A DNA stretch of 63,642 bases, the filler included, from Choristocarpus tenellus KU-1152 (lineage: Eukaryota; Protista; Phaeophyceae): assembly GCA_964200185.2 (NCBI GenBank). It is 13 parts of 13 records of this genome, joined end to end, with 100 filler letters (N's around TTAATTAATTAA, not from the genome) between each part and the next. Parts side by side here need not be neighbours in the genome. Positions count along the whole stretch, not along the records: positions 8,696 to 12,366 come from CAXNAD020018600.1; positions 12,467 to 15,672 come from CAXNAD020021551.1; positions 15,773 to 23,400 come from CAXNAD020005847.1; positions 23,501 to 32,594 come from CAXNAD020003991.1; 9 more parts are not named here. The stretch is one strand, 5' to 3'. A program made the position numbers and the translations under genes. Of this stretch, positions 11,445-23,634 are shown in pieces. Numbering within the stretch: position 1 is the stretch's first letter; every line of letters begins with the position of its first letter. Under the pieces are notes generated by a model, which did no database searches, was not told the DNA's origin, and was given only the letters and a program-made list of their open reading frames with translations.

Positions 11445-14339
11445 AGAAAATCAACCAATCAAGGTCGATCATCTCTGCCTCAAATGATACTGCCGAAAAT
11501 ACTAGCAAAAAAATGTCTCCAGAGGATCAGTCCAGGGCCGTCACGCACTGTCTGGCCAGACCGGGGCCACAGGTCAGTCAGGCCGCTGCCCTGCACCCAG
11601 GCAGACAGTTCTGTGAAAAGTCCTGGAATGTTCCCACTCCACCAGCAAATCAAATATTTATTTTTTTTAATGCAAAAAAATAGTTTTTAATTGAAAAGAG
11701 TAGAGTACAAGCATTATTATTTTTTCCCACGAAATTAAAAAAATAAAAAATCGAGAAAATTCTTCGACTCACTAAATTAATAATTAATAATTAATGTTAA
11801 AACACTAAACCACTTTGCAACCGACACTATAAAACACACTTTCAATTCATATAAACTTGATCCACAGTGACACCACTCAACACTAACCACAATGTGGAGT
11901 AGTAGTAGACAGTGCCATATGGGTGCACAGAGTATGAAATAAGAAAAAAACACACCCACACCCACACAAATAAAAATATAAACATAAACATTAAAACAAA
12001 ACAGGAATACACAACTCTAGAAATAAATATCTTAAACATTTTCGAACTCCCAATCAACAAAAATTATTGGAAGGGCAAAGATATCGTTCCAGACACAAAA
12101 ACAAAAAACTTTGACCTGTGATAAACCACCCCTCCCCCCCCCCCCCCCGATCCTCTCCCCATTCACTCTACCTTACTTGAGCCACGACCATCCAAACCCC
12201 CTTTACCATCCTCAACATCACTGTCCCCTCCAACAGCAAAGCTGCCCATCAAGCCGCCCAAGTTCCCCAAGAGCCCCCCAGCCCCTTCCCCCCCCCCGAG
12301 GATCCTCATCCCCCCCCCCCCACCCCCTCCGCCCAAGAAAGCCGGCAGGTCTTTCATATCGACTTCNNNNNNNNNNNNNNNNNNNNNNNNNNNNNNNNNN
12401 NNNNNNNNNNTTAATTAATTAANNNNNNNNNNNNNNNNNNNNNNNNNNNNNNNNNNNNNNNNNNNNGATGGTTAATGAAAGTGCACTTTTCCTGGTTAGG
12501 ACCCGAATGCACAACCTGGTGTAGACGCCCCCCCCCCCAGATACTTCGAGCCACTCTCCAACGGAAAATTCATACAATAGTAAGCCATGCCAAAACTTGA
12601 AACTCTACAACTCTAGTGTAGAGAACAAATTATTACCGTTACTTGATGAGTGGTAGGAACATTTTAACAAGATTGTCACCGTGCAGCTTGAGCATCTCAG
12701 ATCTGAGTGGCCTGGTATTTGTAATGGTGCATAACCCGGCATTCCTTGCCTGACATTCCGGTTGGTCCTCCCAATCTCCTTGACTTGGGCTCTGTATCTG
12801 ATGTCCCATAGCGTTCATTGACATGACTACGACTACTCACCTATCCCCCTTGTTACAGTGTGCTTGCCACACGGATAAAATGGGTCATAGCAGTGTCATT
12901 AGAAGGACTGCTCTCTGAGGGCACTTCGACAAAGATGAAGACACTACAAACTACAATGGTGCAATAACACACCATTTTAGGTGGGTAACAGTGTAGCCCA
13001 TGGTGTCCACAGTAAACTTGCAGGTCGGACATTACCGTGTGTGCTGACGAATTTCACAGGACGGCTTCAACATAGTCCCAGTAAATCATCTATACCAACT
13101 GCAGGATACCCAATGGAAACTACTGAACTTCTTAAACCCTTCATTTGAGGACATTGCCCGCAACTTAAGCGTCTTCACAACATTTCGACTGCAATTGTGG
13201 AGAGCTTTTACCTCATCAACAACTCTTCCACATTCTATTTAGTAAGTTGGGGTGTGCATCTGCCCTGCTTGCAAACTCAATCCATCATCACATACCTTCA
13301 GAGTAAGCTCTCCTGTTCCAAGCTCTTCACATAACTCAGTATTCTAGGTCAAAAAGCAAGAACCAACTAACTCGATCTACTCAGCACCACATCCTGTGTT
13401 GAAGCAAAAACAATTTTCCAGTAGACGTCAGAGACCTCAAATTTCAGCTCAAAGAGGTCCTACCCTCTTTTGTCCTCATCTATGGTGGGGTGTGTCTCTC
13501 CCAGTATATTCATGGCGCAAAGTAATGGCACCTGGAGAAGCAGTTTTCTGGTTAAGAAGGTTATCTAATACGCACATAAATCACAGAAAGCTGTACAGCA
13601 AAGCTGCAAAGGGTGACACCTCCTCGGCATTCTCACGTGTGCTCAATCAGTACAAAAAAAAAAGTCGAATACCCAAGCCCTCTCCAGCTCTGTGCCTTGC
13701 TTATACCTCCAGGATGTACAGATATAATGTTAAGGATGATTTTACCATTGGCACCAGATCGAGGCATAGAAAGTCCCTCCCACCTTCCGATAAATTCTCC
13801 CAGAACCATCGGCGCACATACCTGTTCACCTGAACTGAAAGCCAGAGAGGCAGTAGACATATCTCGACAGGTAATTACAGATGTTCCACACTTTATACCC
13901 ATCTTTCGCAAGTATGGACTTGTAGTACAAGCAGACAGATAGGGTATCCATAAGGGGCAAATAAACACTGTCGCGCCAGATACCAGTTACACTAAGGTAG
14001 TAGACTTGTGGATCACAAACTAAAAACTTAAACCAGGCTCGCTACTGAAATAGGTTTGAATTCCTCATAAATTAGGAGCGAAAGGAGAGGACACAGCAGG
14101 GAAACCAGGTACAATCAAAACGAGGTAGAATCGTCATGTAAGCGTGATTTCGAACTCAATATGGATATGTACGGCATTATCTGGAAGCGGTTTGGTTTCA
14201 CAAAAGAAAGCATTCATTACTTCAAAACCTCTTTGCCACTACAGCCCCACAAAACCCCCTCCCCATGAATCCAGCAAGAGCAAATGCAGGTCTTGAACTT
14301 GAGCTAATACTGCCTGGCCCCCTTCAGGATTGCTGATTT

Positions 14340-15619
14340 TCACAAGTTGCCACCATGTGGCTTGATCCCAGCAACAGGCATGTAACGATTGATACTGATG
14401 GTCTTCCACACACCTCCCTGTGAACCAGAACATTGCATCATCATTTGAATGGAATGTATTAGCAGCGATTGAGCACCTATTGCTGTGCTGCACGTGTAAA
14501 CATGGACAAGTATAGCAACATTGTGGTGCCTTCAGACAGGGTTTGGCGTGAGGGTACACAAAACAAATGTTCACGACCAGAATGATTCCTCTATTCAGTT
14601 GTTCTATACAATCCACATAATTTGAACCTGCTTGATACAAGAGCATATGGAGGGGGGAAGAAACTCGGCAATAGACTGCTGGTAGTTCAAATTTTGAAGA
14701 TGCAGAATGGACTTGAATGTTTCTTTAGGACACCATCAAGGTTCGAGGAGCAGTAAACTACACATCAAATTGTGAAAGGACAGTATATGCATTTGAACTG
14801 ATGTTCAAACCGACCGTGGTGATAGTCAAATCTTATTATCATGTATTGAAAGGAGCAGGTATTACAGCAATCGAGAAGGGCTATCATTGAGTCGTATTTT
14901 GCAAAGATGAAGACACACCAGAGGCTATGTATTGCCAGACATCTTGAACAAATTTGATTTATACGGGGGTCAGCAACTGCACCTTTAGTCATACTACACC
15001 TTCTTCCCTAGCTATGCGATAAAACAAACGTAGGCCCCCCTCATATGGAGTAGCTGTAAGAGTGAGACAAGATCAATAACTACTTGTACGCACACACCTT
15101 GCTGAAGGGGTCATTATTGACAAAAGTTTCAGCCTCTGCCCGTGTCGATTCAACCACGAATGCGCTGCCGAGCATGTACTTATCGTCCTCCTCAACCATT
15201 GGTCCTGCACAAATCTTGGTGATGAAGTGGGGACTCTCCTTGTCTGAAGTCATGCGTTGGTATTCCTAATTAAAAAGTAAAACGATGAGTTCAGAGATCA
15301 AGTTTGAGAACATGATCCAAAAACTGAACACATTGAAATAATCAAAAGTACCACATTTTGCCACATAAGGATAGTACGATTGAGGTAATGTAAGTAGCAT
15401 AATATGGGTCAATGGAGGTTAGAAAAACACCTGTAGGCAGAACGGTCACAAGAAATGGATAAAACTGAAGTGCTTCTTTGATGTCAGTGCTCTCGCCGTG
15501 TTGCCTCACCTTGTGTGCGGGATAGGCACTTATACGCTTCACTGAGCCTCCACGAGGTGTGCCCTCCGCCCTTCCACAGGAATCGTCATCTATGCAGTGG
15601 ATCACGTACAATTGTCGAC
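14340..15619 (-). CDS. YciI/YCII-related domain protein, 3' part (exons 15619-15510, 15265-15098, 14417-14340)
   Basis: Spliced product RQLYVIHCIDD...KRISAYPAHK|EYQ...ICAGPMVEEDDKYMLGSAFVVESTRAEAETFVNNDPFSK|GGVWKTISINRY...* shows the YciI motifs (R...PAH, AGP, GS..VVE, DPF.K.GVW). GT-AG junctions are in phase. The 5' end is lost at the spacer. Confidence 0.85.
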
Positions 15620-16727
15620 CTAAGGGCATGTGACGGGGGAGGAAGGGGTCAACACGGCTCACCCTATCACGGNNNNNNNNNNNNNNNNNNNNNNNNNNNN
15701 NNNNNNNNNNNNNNNNTTAATTAATTAANNNNNNNNNNNNNNNNNNNNNNNNNNNNNNNNNNNNNNNNNNNNCCATCCCCCACACTCAAGTCAACACTTT
15801 TCTTGGCATGACATGCAAAGTTGTGTCTACTCAACTTTCACCCAAGTGGTATCATTGTTGTCTGTAATCCATAAAAACGCCTCCTAGCAAGTTAACAGAA
15901 CAGGTAAAAAAAATTTAAGCTCCTTGGACAACAGTCCAATCATCTAATCACCCTCACGCTCCTGCCTCGAAGGGATTGCCACCCTCTCCTTCCCTTGCCT
16001 TCAGATTGATGGGAGGGTGTTGGGAGATAGGGTTATTCCTCCTCTCCCTCAAACCGTCTTCTATCACCCAGATCTGGCTCCAAACGCTAGTGGTTGCAGC
16101 AAGGGGTGCTTGCGAATTGAAATTCTAAAAAACACAAAAGATATCACCACCACAAAAGCTGCTTTAACACACACCATCTCCTCCCTGCCCTATCCTCTCA
16201 TTGGGTGGTCTGCCCAAGTACCTATCTTTTCCCCCCTAATGAACAGCTTTGCTCTAATTGCAGCACCTGACTGGTGCATCCTACATCTTGCCCCTACCCC
16301 TAAGCACAGCATATATAAAACTTCTTGATACTCCCTGCTCCCCTATCTCTCCAATGAATGTCCACCCTTGACTACCTCTCAGAAAGGATATCTGGTCATC
16401 AAGGGGGGTTGAGTGAGCAAAGGTTGCAAAAAAAAATGTGGGAGCAACAAAAGCCGAAGACCAAGACTCACATAATGTGCAGCTTTGCAAATACACCGAA
16501 GCAGCACCACAAAAGCCCAAAATTCCCTCTGACTGAGGTTAAAAGGGTTTAAGAAAATGATAAAGAGACAATATGCAAGTGTGAACCCATTTTACCATGG
16601 GCAATGAAACATTCAGAGCCTTGGGGGGTGGGATGGAGTGGGGGGTGGGGGGGGAGTTGGGGGAAAGGNNNNNNNNNNAGGAGGCAGGGTCGCCCGTGTT
16701 TCCCGGGGGGACAAAGAAAGGTGGGGG

Positions 16728-16767
<40 letters not shown>

Positions 16768-17146
16768 GGGGGGAAAGGGTAAGGCCCTACACCTGCGCTA
16801 CTATATGGAAACAGTGAAAGGCCCCTTTGCATTTGATTCTCCTCCAATTCCAGCCTCTCTTACTTCCACTTCTCAATTGCTTCACAAGAAAGACATAGGA
16901 TGCATTTGCACAGGTCTCGGCAGTGCAAACAATACCGTCTTTTTAACCCCTCTTAGATTACCCTTCCCCCCACACTAAAGACCATGTGTGACGCATTGTA
17001 CTGTAATGTATTGTATTCTTTGAATGAAATGGACAACAAAAAAACATTGTAACCAAAAACCAAGCAGACAATCCCATGGGACTCGAGAATGTACCGATTC
17101 AAAGAAGTCCAAAGGATATTCATGGCATCCCCTACCCCCCCCCCCC

Positions 17147-17187
<41 letters not shown>

Positions 17188-17275
17188 ACACCACCCCACC
17201 CNNNNNNNNNAACCACAGAACCCCACCCCCGGGCCCCGCAGAGCTCCCCCCTCAAAAAAACCCAAAAGAAATTCT

Positions 17276-17310
<35 letters not shown>

Positions 17311-17720
17311 ATACCCCCCTCCTTCATACAAAGTGTGATACGACCAGGATTCTTCCAGAGATAATATAATACCGGCCTTGGTCTCCCCTACCCAACAACT
17401 CACCAATGAAACATTTTAAAACCTGAAACAATGCAACTTTCTCATTCCATCTGATCACCAGTAACTGGCCAAAGGGAAAGACAAAGGGGCGGAAAAATAG
17501 GTGGGTGTGGAGGGAGGGAGAACATGGGTGCCTGACGAGGGGTCCCTAACTATTGTTGAAGCATTGGGTGTCACACATCTTAATGCATACTCCCTTACCG
17601 TAAAAAGAACAAAGCATTTGCACAGAGATGCTCGTTGTCAACAGTTTCTATCATATTTTAGGTACTCTCTTCAAGTTGAAGGGTGGTGGCTAATCATAAA
17701 CACAAAACAGTTGCATCAAG

Positions 17721-20700
17721 TTATGCAAAACGAACCGCTGCTCTCAACCACCTTTGTCTGCAGGCCTCAAGCTTGTAACGGACCCGGTTTGCCACATCAG
17801 CTTTTGCCCCAGATGCTGCCCCTGAAGCAGCATCTGCGATTGTCTCTGCAGCTCCACCCAAACGACAGACGGCATATTGAGTAAATGCCCGCAGGAGTGG
17901 AATTCTCTTCAGGACAGTTTCTCCTGCCCCTCTACCACTGCTATCTCCAAGGTCATCATTGTCACTGCTATCCAAACTGCTCCCCCAAAGGTCACTCCTG
18001 TGGGTGCTATTGTGACCCCGACCACCGCAACCATCTAATACAGCTGCTGCAGCTGGATCCAAAGCCTCCAGGTAGCACCGCATATCCTTCAATGCATCAT
18101 CTTTGCTATCAAGAAAAGTTAGCACCGCCCCCGCAAGACCTTCAGCAGGAGCAGAAGCTGGGTCTACACCAGCTGGGCCAGCGCAGAAGAGGGCCACCTC
18201 ACACAATCCACTGCTGCCTGTATCACAGCCACTGAGGTGATTGGTGCTGCTGAGTGCAGTACTGCCTTGGCAGTGTGAGTCTGATGAGATCGTAGGAGGA
18301 TGTCGAGGGCAGAGTAGGGCACTGATACCCTTAAGGCCTACAAGGGCCTCTGCTTGAACTTCCTCCTCCGCATCTTGACGCGATGGGACAGCTGCACACT
18401 TCTTTGTCTCCAACCACGGCACCTGGATGAATGCATACCCCAAGCAAGGTAAGTTGAAGGTTAGGGGATTTCTATTTTTTGAATTCGTGAGTTTTCACAC
18501 CTGTAGGGCACCACACATTGCAGACGTCTACGAAAAGATACTGGGCACAAACCTTTTCTTCTATTGCATCTATTTCACCACTTGGCTTCTCCAACTGCTC
18601 CACAAAGTCAGCGTCTCTGTGAGATCCAGAGCAGCAGGCAGGGGGGGTCCCACTGCTAACATGGTTCAAGTCTCCCAAAGAGACTGTTGAATCTTCGTGG
18701 GTTGCCCATGCATGATGTTGAATTTGTTCCTCATCTCTCTGGATATTGGAGGAATAGTCGTTCTTTCCACGGTGGGTTGATGGAGGCAGTGCAGGTGAAG
18801 AGGCGATACTGAAGTTGCCATAGGTGCTGTGATGGTGTTGACATATGTCCATCTCCTCGTCCTCATCGTCATCTTCATCACTTCCACTTGTTGTGGCATC
18901 TTCCTATTTTTCAAGTGTGCATACAAAAAAAAGGAGATGAACTTGGCAGATATTTTCGGCAGAGGGCAAATCTGCACACAAAGCATGGTAGTTACATTGG
19001 TGCACTGCTGGAGAAGCAGAGATCAACACTGTAGAAACAAGAACAGCGGGCAAAAAATCTCCATTCACTCTGCACATCTAACAAAAGGCACCGAAAGATT
19101 GTATTGTAATGTGACCCTCTCAAAAACTCACCTCTTCCTCTCCACTTTCAGCGTGCCACTGGTATACTTTATGGACAAGGTCGTCACCACCTTCATCGTT
19201 ACTACTCAAGGCCTCCTCCTCTACCGCCTGATCAAACTGAAAGCCTGGGAGCCGTGGATCAGTCTGGAGTGGGGTGGTTATTTTATGAAGTGGCACAATC
19301 CTTCTGTTGCAAGCACGCTTGCGACTTAGGTGTTGGCGATCACCTCCATCTTCTTCTGTGCCCCAATCATCGTCTGCTATGCCACTGCTGTGTGTAGGGC
19401 TAGTACAGCCCAATGAGGATGACGAGGTTGTTGTCTCACCATCAGAACTACTCTCTGTGCTTGCCACACGGCACAATGCAGAGAGGCCCCACATAGCCAA
19501 TGCCTCAACCTCATTTTCTGCCTGTGAAGCTGTTCTCTTGTGCTGTCTTGATGTCACAGAAGGGGTTGCTGTACCACCACCACTGCCGCCACCGCTACTA
19601 CCCTGGAGCTGAAGGGGGGCACTTCGGGAAACACCACCCCCACTACCAGAGTTGGGTTGGCAGGTACGGGTCCAATGTGAGTGGTCAAAGCTGTTCTCAT
19701 TAGGGGGTGAGACTATGGAGGCATATGCAGGGGCACCACCAGTCTCAGTTGCTGTGGAGGTGCGCTGAGAGGAGCCACGCTGCTGTGCAGACCGTCGGTA
19801 GTTGGACGGGCTGGTGCTGTTCAAAACCTGGGCTCGCGGTCGAGGTCCCTTGCTTTGCGAACGGTGGTTGTTACTGCGGGTGTCAAGAGCAGGAATGATA
19901 ATTGGGCAGATACAGGAACACGATGCAGGCACGGGGAACGGTGGGATGAAATGAAAATTGTCCTTAACCACATGTACTGGTGTTCAATCTCAGCAGCTCT
20001 CGTCATGGACAGGATAAACCACCAGGGTGTACGGGTATCAAAAGGGAAAATGATTATCCTGGAACACACTCCTTCCCTCACTCTGCTTCACTCTCACCTT
20101 GGGAGATGATTGGTATCACCTCGGGAACACCGGTCCAGCGCCTCACTGGCCACGGTAGGGGGGCTTAAGCCTCCTCCATGCTGATTTGTCTTTCGCTTCA
20201 GTGCGTGCAGAAGCTCGGGCTCATCCCGCCGAAAGAGGGCATGCTTATAGATCCACACACTACGTTCCTGAATACAATTGGAGAGAGAGAGAAGTTGGCG
20301 GATATGGCACTAGTTGTTCACCAGACTCCAAAACCAACTTGCTCTTTAGGATTGAACGAAGGGTGCACTTGAGCTCTTACTGCCTACATCACCTGTCTAG
20401 TGTATATAGCCATTGCCGCTTCCATGCACACACCTTACTGATCTTTTTGAAGCTGTAAAAGTTGAGCTGGCGCACTAGGCTCTGGAACCGCGAGTGTCGG
20501 AAGTACTTGGGAAGGATATCCTGCTCCAACTTCCGAGGATCCTTCACCTCAAATGCAGACCCATCTGCAACGTTGAAGATTGAACACAATCGTATTTGGT
20601 GTTAAAGTGTTAAGGTGGGAGTGGGAGTGTATAACGCGCTCGGCAGAGAAAGAAATCGAGCCATCGAGCCGAGGAACGTCTATTGGCTGCGAAGGAGGGC

Positions 20701-21253
20701 GAGAGAGACGAGGGAGAAGGTATGGAGAAAACATAAAAAAGGTTGTCGCGCCAATTGGGGGGTACTTGAAGATGGAGTGTTCGCCAGAAGCGGGAAAGAG
20801 TTTGAACATGTCTCAACCAGTTGTGGTATCCCAATCTTGAAATATCATTGAGGTACTCCAACCACAACGGAAATCTGCCAACAAGACGTATTGCTGACCC
20901 TAGGCACCAAACCAACACTCAGTTTCGGAGAAGTTGGGGTCTGGGGTCCCTTGTCATTGAAGAACACGGGGTGTGGGACCTCGTACATACGTCACCCGTC
21001 AGTTCTACATCAACTGTGCTCAAGAGGTTGAGATAAAATTATAAAGGGAAAGAATGCTAGTGAACTCACTGTTCGCCGCCAACTCACCTGTGATGAAGGC
21101 AACCACGCTGTCATGTTCCCGGTTCACCATCTGGTAGAGCTTTCTTACAAATGAGGTCACAGCGGTGCAGCCACCACCGGAAGCACTAGAAACAAGGTAA
21201 TCCGTATCCACACCAGGGTGATCTTCGGCGAGATCAGCATCCACGACTGGCAT
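17721..21253 (-). CDS. HSF-type DNA-binding transcription factor, ~753 aa (exons 21253-21088, 20564-20434, 20267-20098, 19873-19132, 18903-18553, 18422-17721)
   Basis: HSF domain FVRKLYQMV...DGSAFEVKDPRKLEQDILPKYFRHSRFQSLVRQLNFYSFKKISK|ERSVWIYKHALFRRDEPELLHALKRK. All junctions are GT-AG and phase-consistent. The low-complexity C-terminal exons are less certain. Confidence 0.9.
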
Positions 21254-23046
21254 GGTTCGCCTTCCTTTGGGAAGAAAGAGTGTGTGTGACGAACACAGGA
21301 AAATTGAATGAGCACTGCCAAGCAACCGTCAATCCAGCTCCAGCAAGTCTTCCGTCCCAGACACAAGATATCAGACTTGTACAGACACGATCTAAAAAAC
21401 TTCAGTGTATAGTGTCCGCGAAAGATTGCGACCTTGGTGGTGAGAGTATGGCACGTTTCTCGTCCAGCCAAAGTCAGACAACAAGGTGTTGGCGTGTTCG
21501 TCCTCTCACCAACAGTTGAGAGGAACAAAAAATATAAAAACAACTTTCAAAATCGCTTGAAGTTGCAGTACAGTCTCCTATCCAGTAGTTCATCTCTATT
21601 TTTTTTCGATTTCATTTTCCGATAAAGAGAGTTATCAAAAAAACTTTTTCTCCAAATTTTTTTCTAGATCAAAGTGGAAATAATTTTTGTTTTCCATTAG
21701 ATGGAATCTTAGAACTTTTCTCTTTGCATTGAAGAGGAATGCTAGGGAGGTTCATATGTCTTACTATATAGGACTATCTCATCTCATCAGTTATGTTCCC
21801 TTCAACCTCTCACTAACGTTTAAAGTTAGGGGTGGGTAGATCTAATTAATGTGCAGTGGCAAACCAGTCACTGGCTTAGAATCATGAAACATGAAGAGCT
21901 GGTTTCTAAACATATGACAGGTACTTATATTTTGTTATTTGATGAGGTTGTTCTTCGTGAAAAAAACCCTATGGTAAATGGTGTTATTGTGAACTACAAA
22001 TATATGTTCCCGTAGTATTTCTAGTTGGTTGAGTCTTGTACTGTTCTTCTAACTTGGTATTCTTTAGAATATTGCAGTTGGAAGGAATAGGAGACTTTGT
22101 GTTGAAAATAGTACGAAGTGTTTAGGAACCCTCCCAAAAACTGACGTCTATATACTGCATAAATGTAGATAAGGAGGTTTAAAAAATTCACAAACTCCAA
22201 AATAGAGGAAGATAAATATTCGAACCAAGAAGGAAGGGGTTGTTCTACATATATTATTATGTATTGCAACATTTTTCAGATGTGTGAGGCACTCCTATGC
22301 TATATTCGTTGTATATTATGCCCTAGTATATGTTATATATAGTAGTCTATATATAAGTTATTATGCTTATGGTACAGTAGCATGTTGTAGATGTGGTGAG
22401 GAAAAACCAAACAAGCATATGTGAAATGTGTGTGGTTCTGTGTGAAGGCTTTATATAATATGGGTTTACTCTGTTGTGTAGTATGTTGAAGTCGTATGTT
22501 TACGATATAAGAATATAATTTTGTACCATTTGCAATGGTTCCATAATGTCATACCGCTCCATATAATTTTGGGAAAATATGTAGATTTGAAGGTTTTTGA
22601 CATATCAGAAGCCATAAGAAAAACATATTTCCACGAGGTGATATATTTGTAGGAGACTTCCCAACTAATAACGTTCTGTGTTGAGGTAGCTTACGTACTT
22701 TGGAAGTAGGAATATTTCTACCAGCAAAATGATTTTGTTCCATTATGACAGTACACTGTGTTCCATCATCACTTTCAACACATTGTATACAACTACAATA
22801 CAAAGAAGTTTGGGTGTAGACCCAATATGATATATATATCAATCCATCCTAGAACAAGTTGAGGTCTAAGACCCACATCGAGAACAACGTTACAAGATTT
22901 GGTTACTGATGGAGAACCTATACATGATAGAGGAGAGGAGGTGGAGTGTCGAAAGTTGGGGTGGATAAATCGAAATCCAACGCGCGAGAAACAAGTTATG
23001 AACAGGGCTAATATACAAATTATATACTTACACTTATGTCATAATT

Positions 23047-23400
23047 TCCGCATGGATGTAGTCTTCGATGCAAAGGTAAGCTGGATCAGCTCCCTACCGA
23101 GACAAAGGCCTCCTTCTAGATGCTGCGTTTGTACATTTACAAGCAACTCCCCAACTGGCACACCCATCCACCAGGAGTGGTGTAGCTGCTGCAGCAGCTG
23201 AGGCACGAAAGCGCATCAACTTACGAGGGTTTTGTTGGCCCTCGTAGTGTTAACCTCAACCCCTTCGCGGTAGAAAGTTTTCTGGATGAGTTGGCCACAC
23301 ATGTAGTAGGGAGGAGAGGGCTGGGAGGTTATAGCAGAAAAGGGGCTGTTAAATCCCGCATACGAAAAGTACTGTCTGTCCCTACACATATGACTATCTC
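23047..23400 (+). pseudogene. Second, frameshifted RLE endonuclease fragment of the same non-LTR family
   Basis: Nucleotide match to 8-395 (ggtgtagctgctgcagcagctgaggcacgaaagcgca...gcggtagaaagttt...ctggatgag...aaatcccg). Cut by the spacer. Confidence 0.8.
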
Positions 23401-23634
23401 NNNNNNNNNNNNNNNNNNNNNNNNNNNNNNNNNNNNNNNNNNNNTTAATTAATTAANNNNNNNNNNNNNNNNNNNNNNNNNNNNNNNNNNNNNNNNNNNN
23501 CCAAATGGACAGCTGCCACCCCCCCTAGATACTTTCAGCCTGTAGTACGCATACAGTTGTGAGATTGGAGCTATAGGGTCACAATGTGAGCATTGAATTT
23601 ATTGCCACAAGTACCTTGTCAAACATTTGATCAG

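Noticed and set aside
16539-17406. Poly-Gly/poly-Pro ORFs and a possible G-quadruplex or inverted G/C-tract structure
   Set aside because: These are homopolymer tracts beside 10-N gaps. They are low-quality, low-complexity sequence with no coding evidence.
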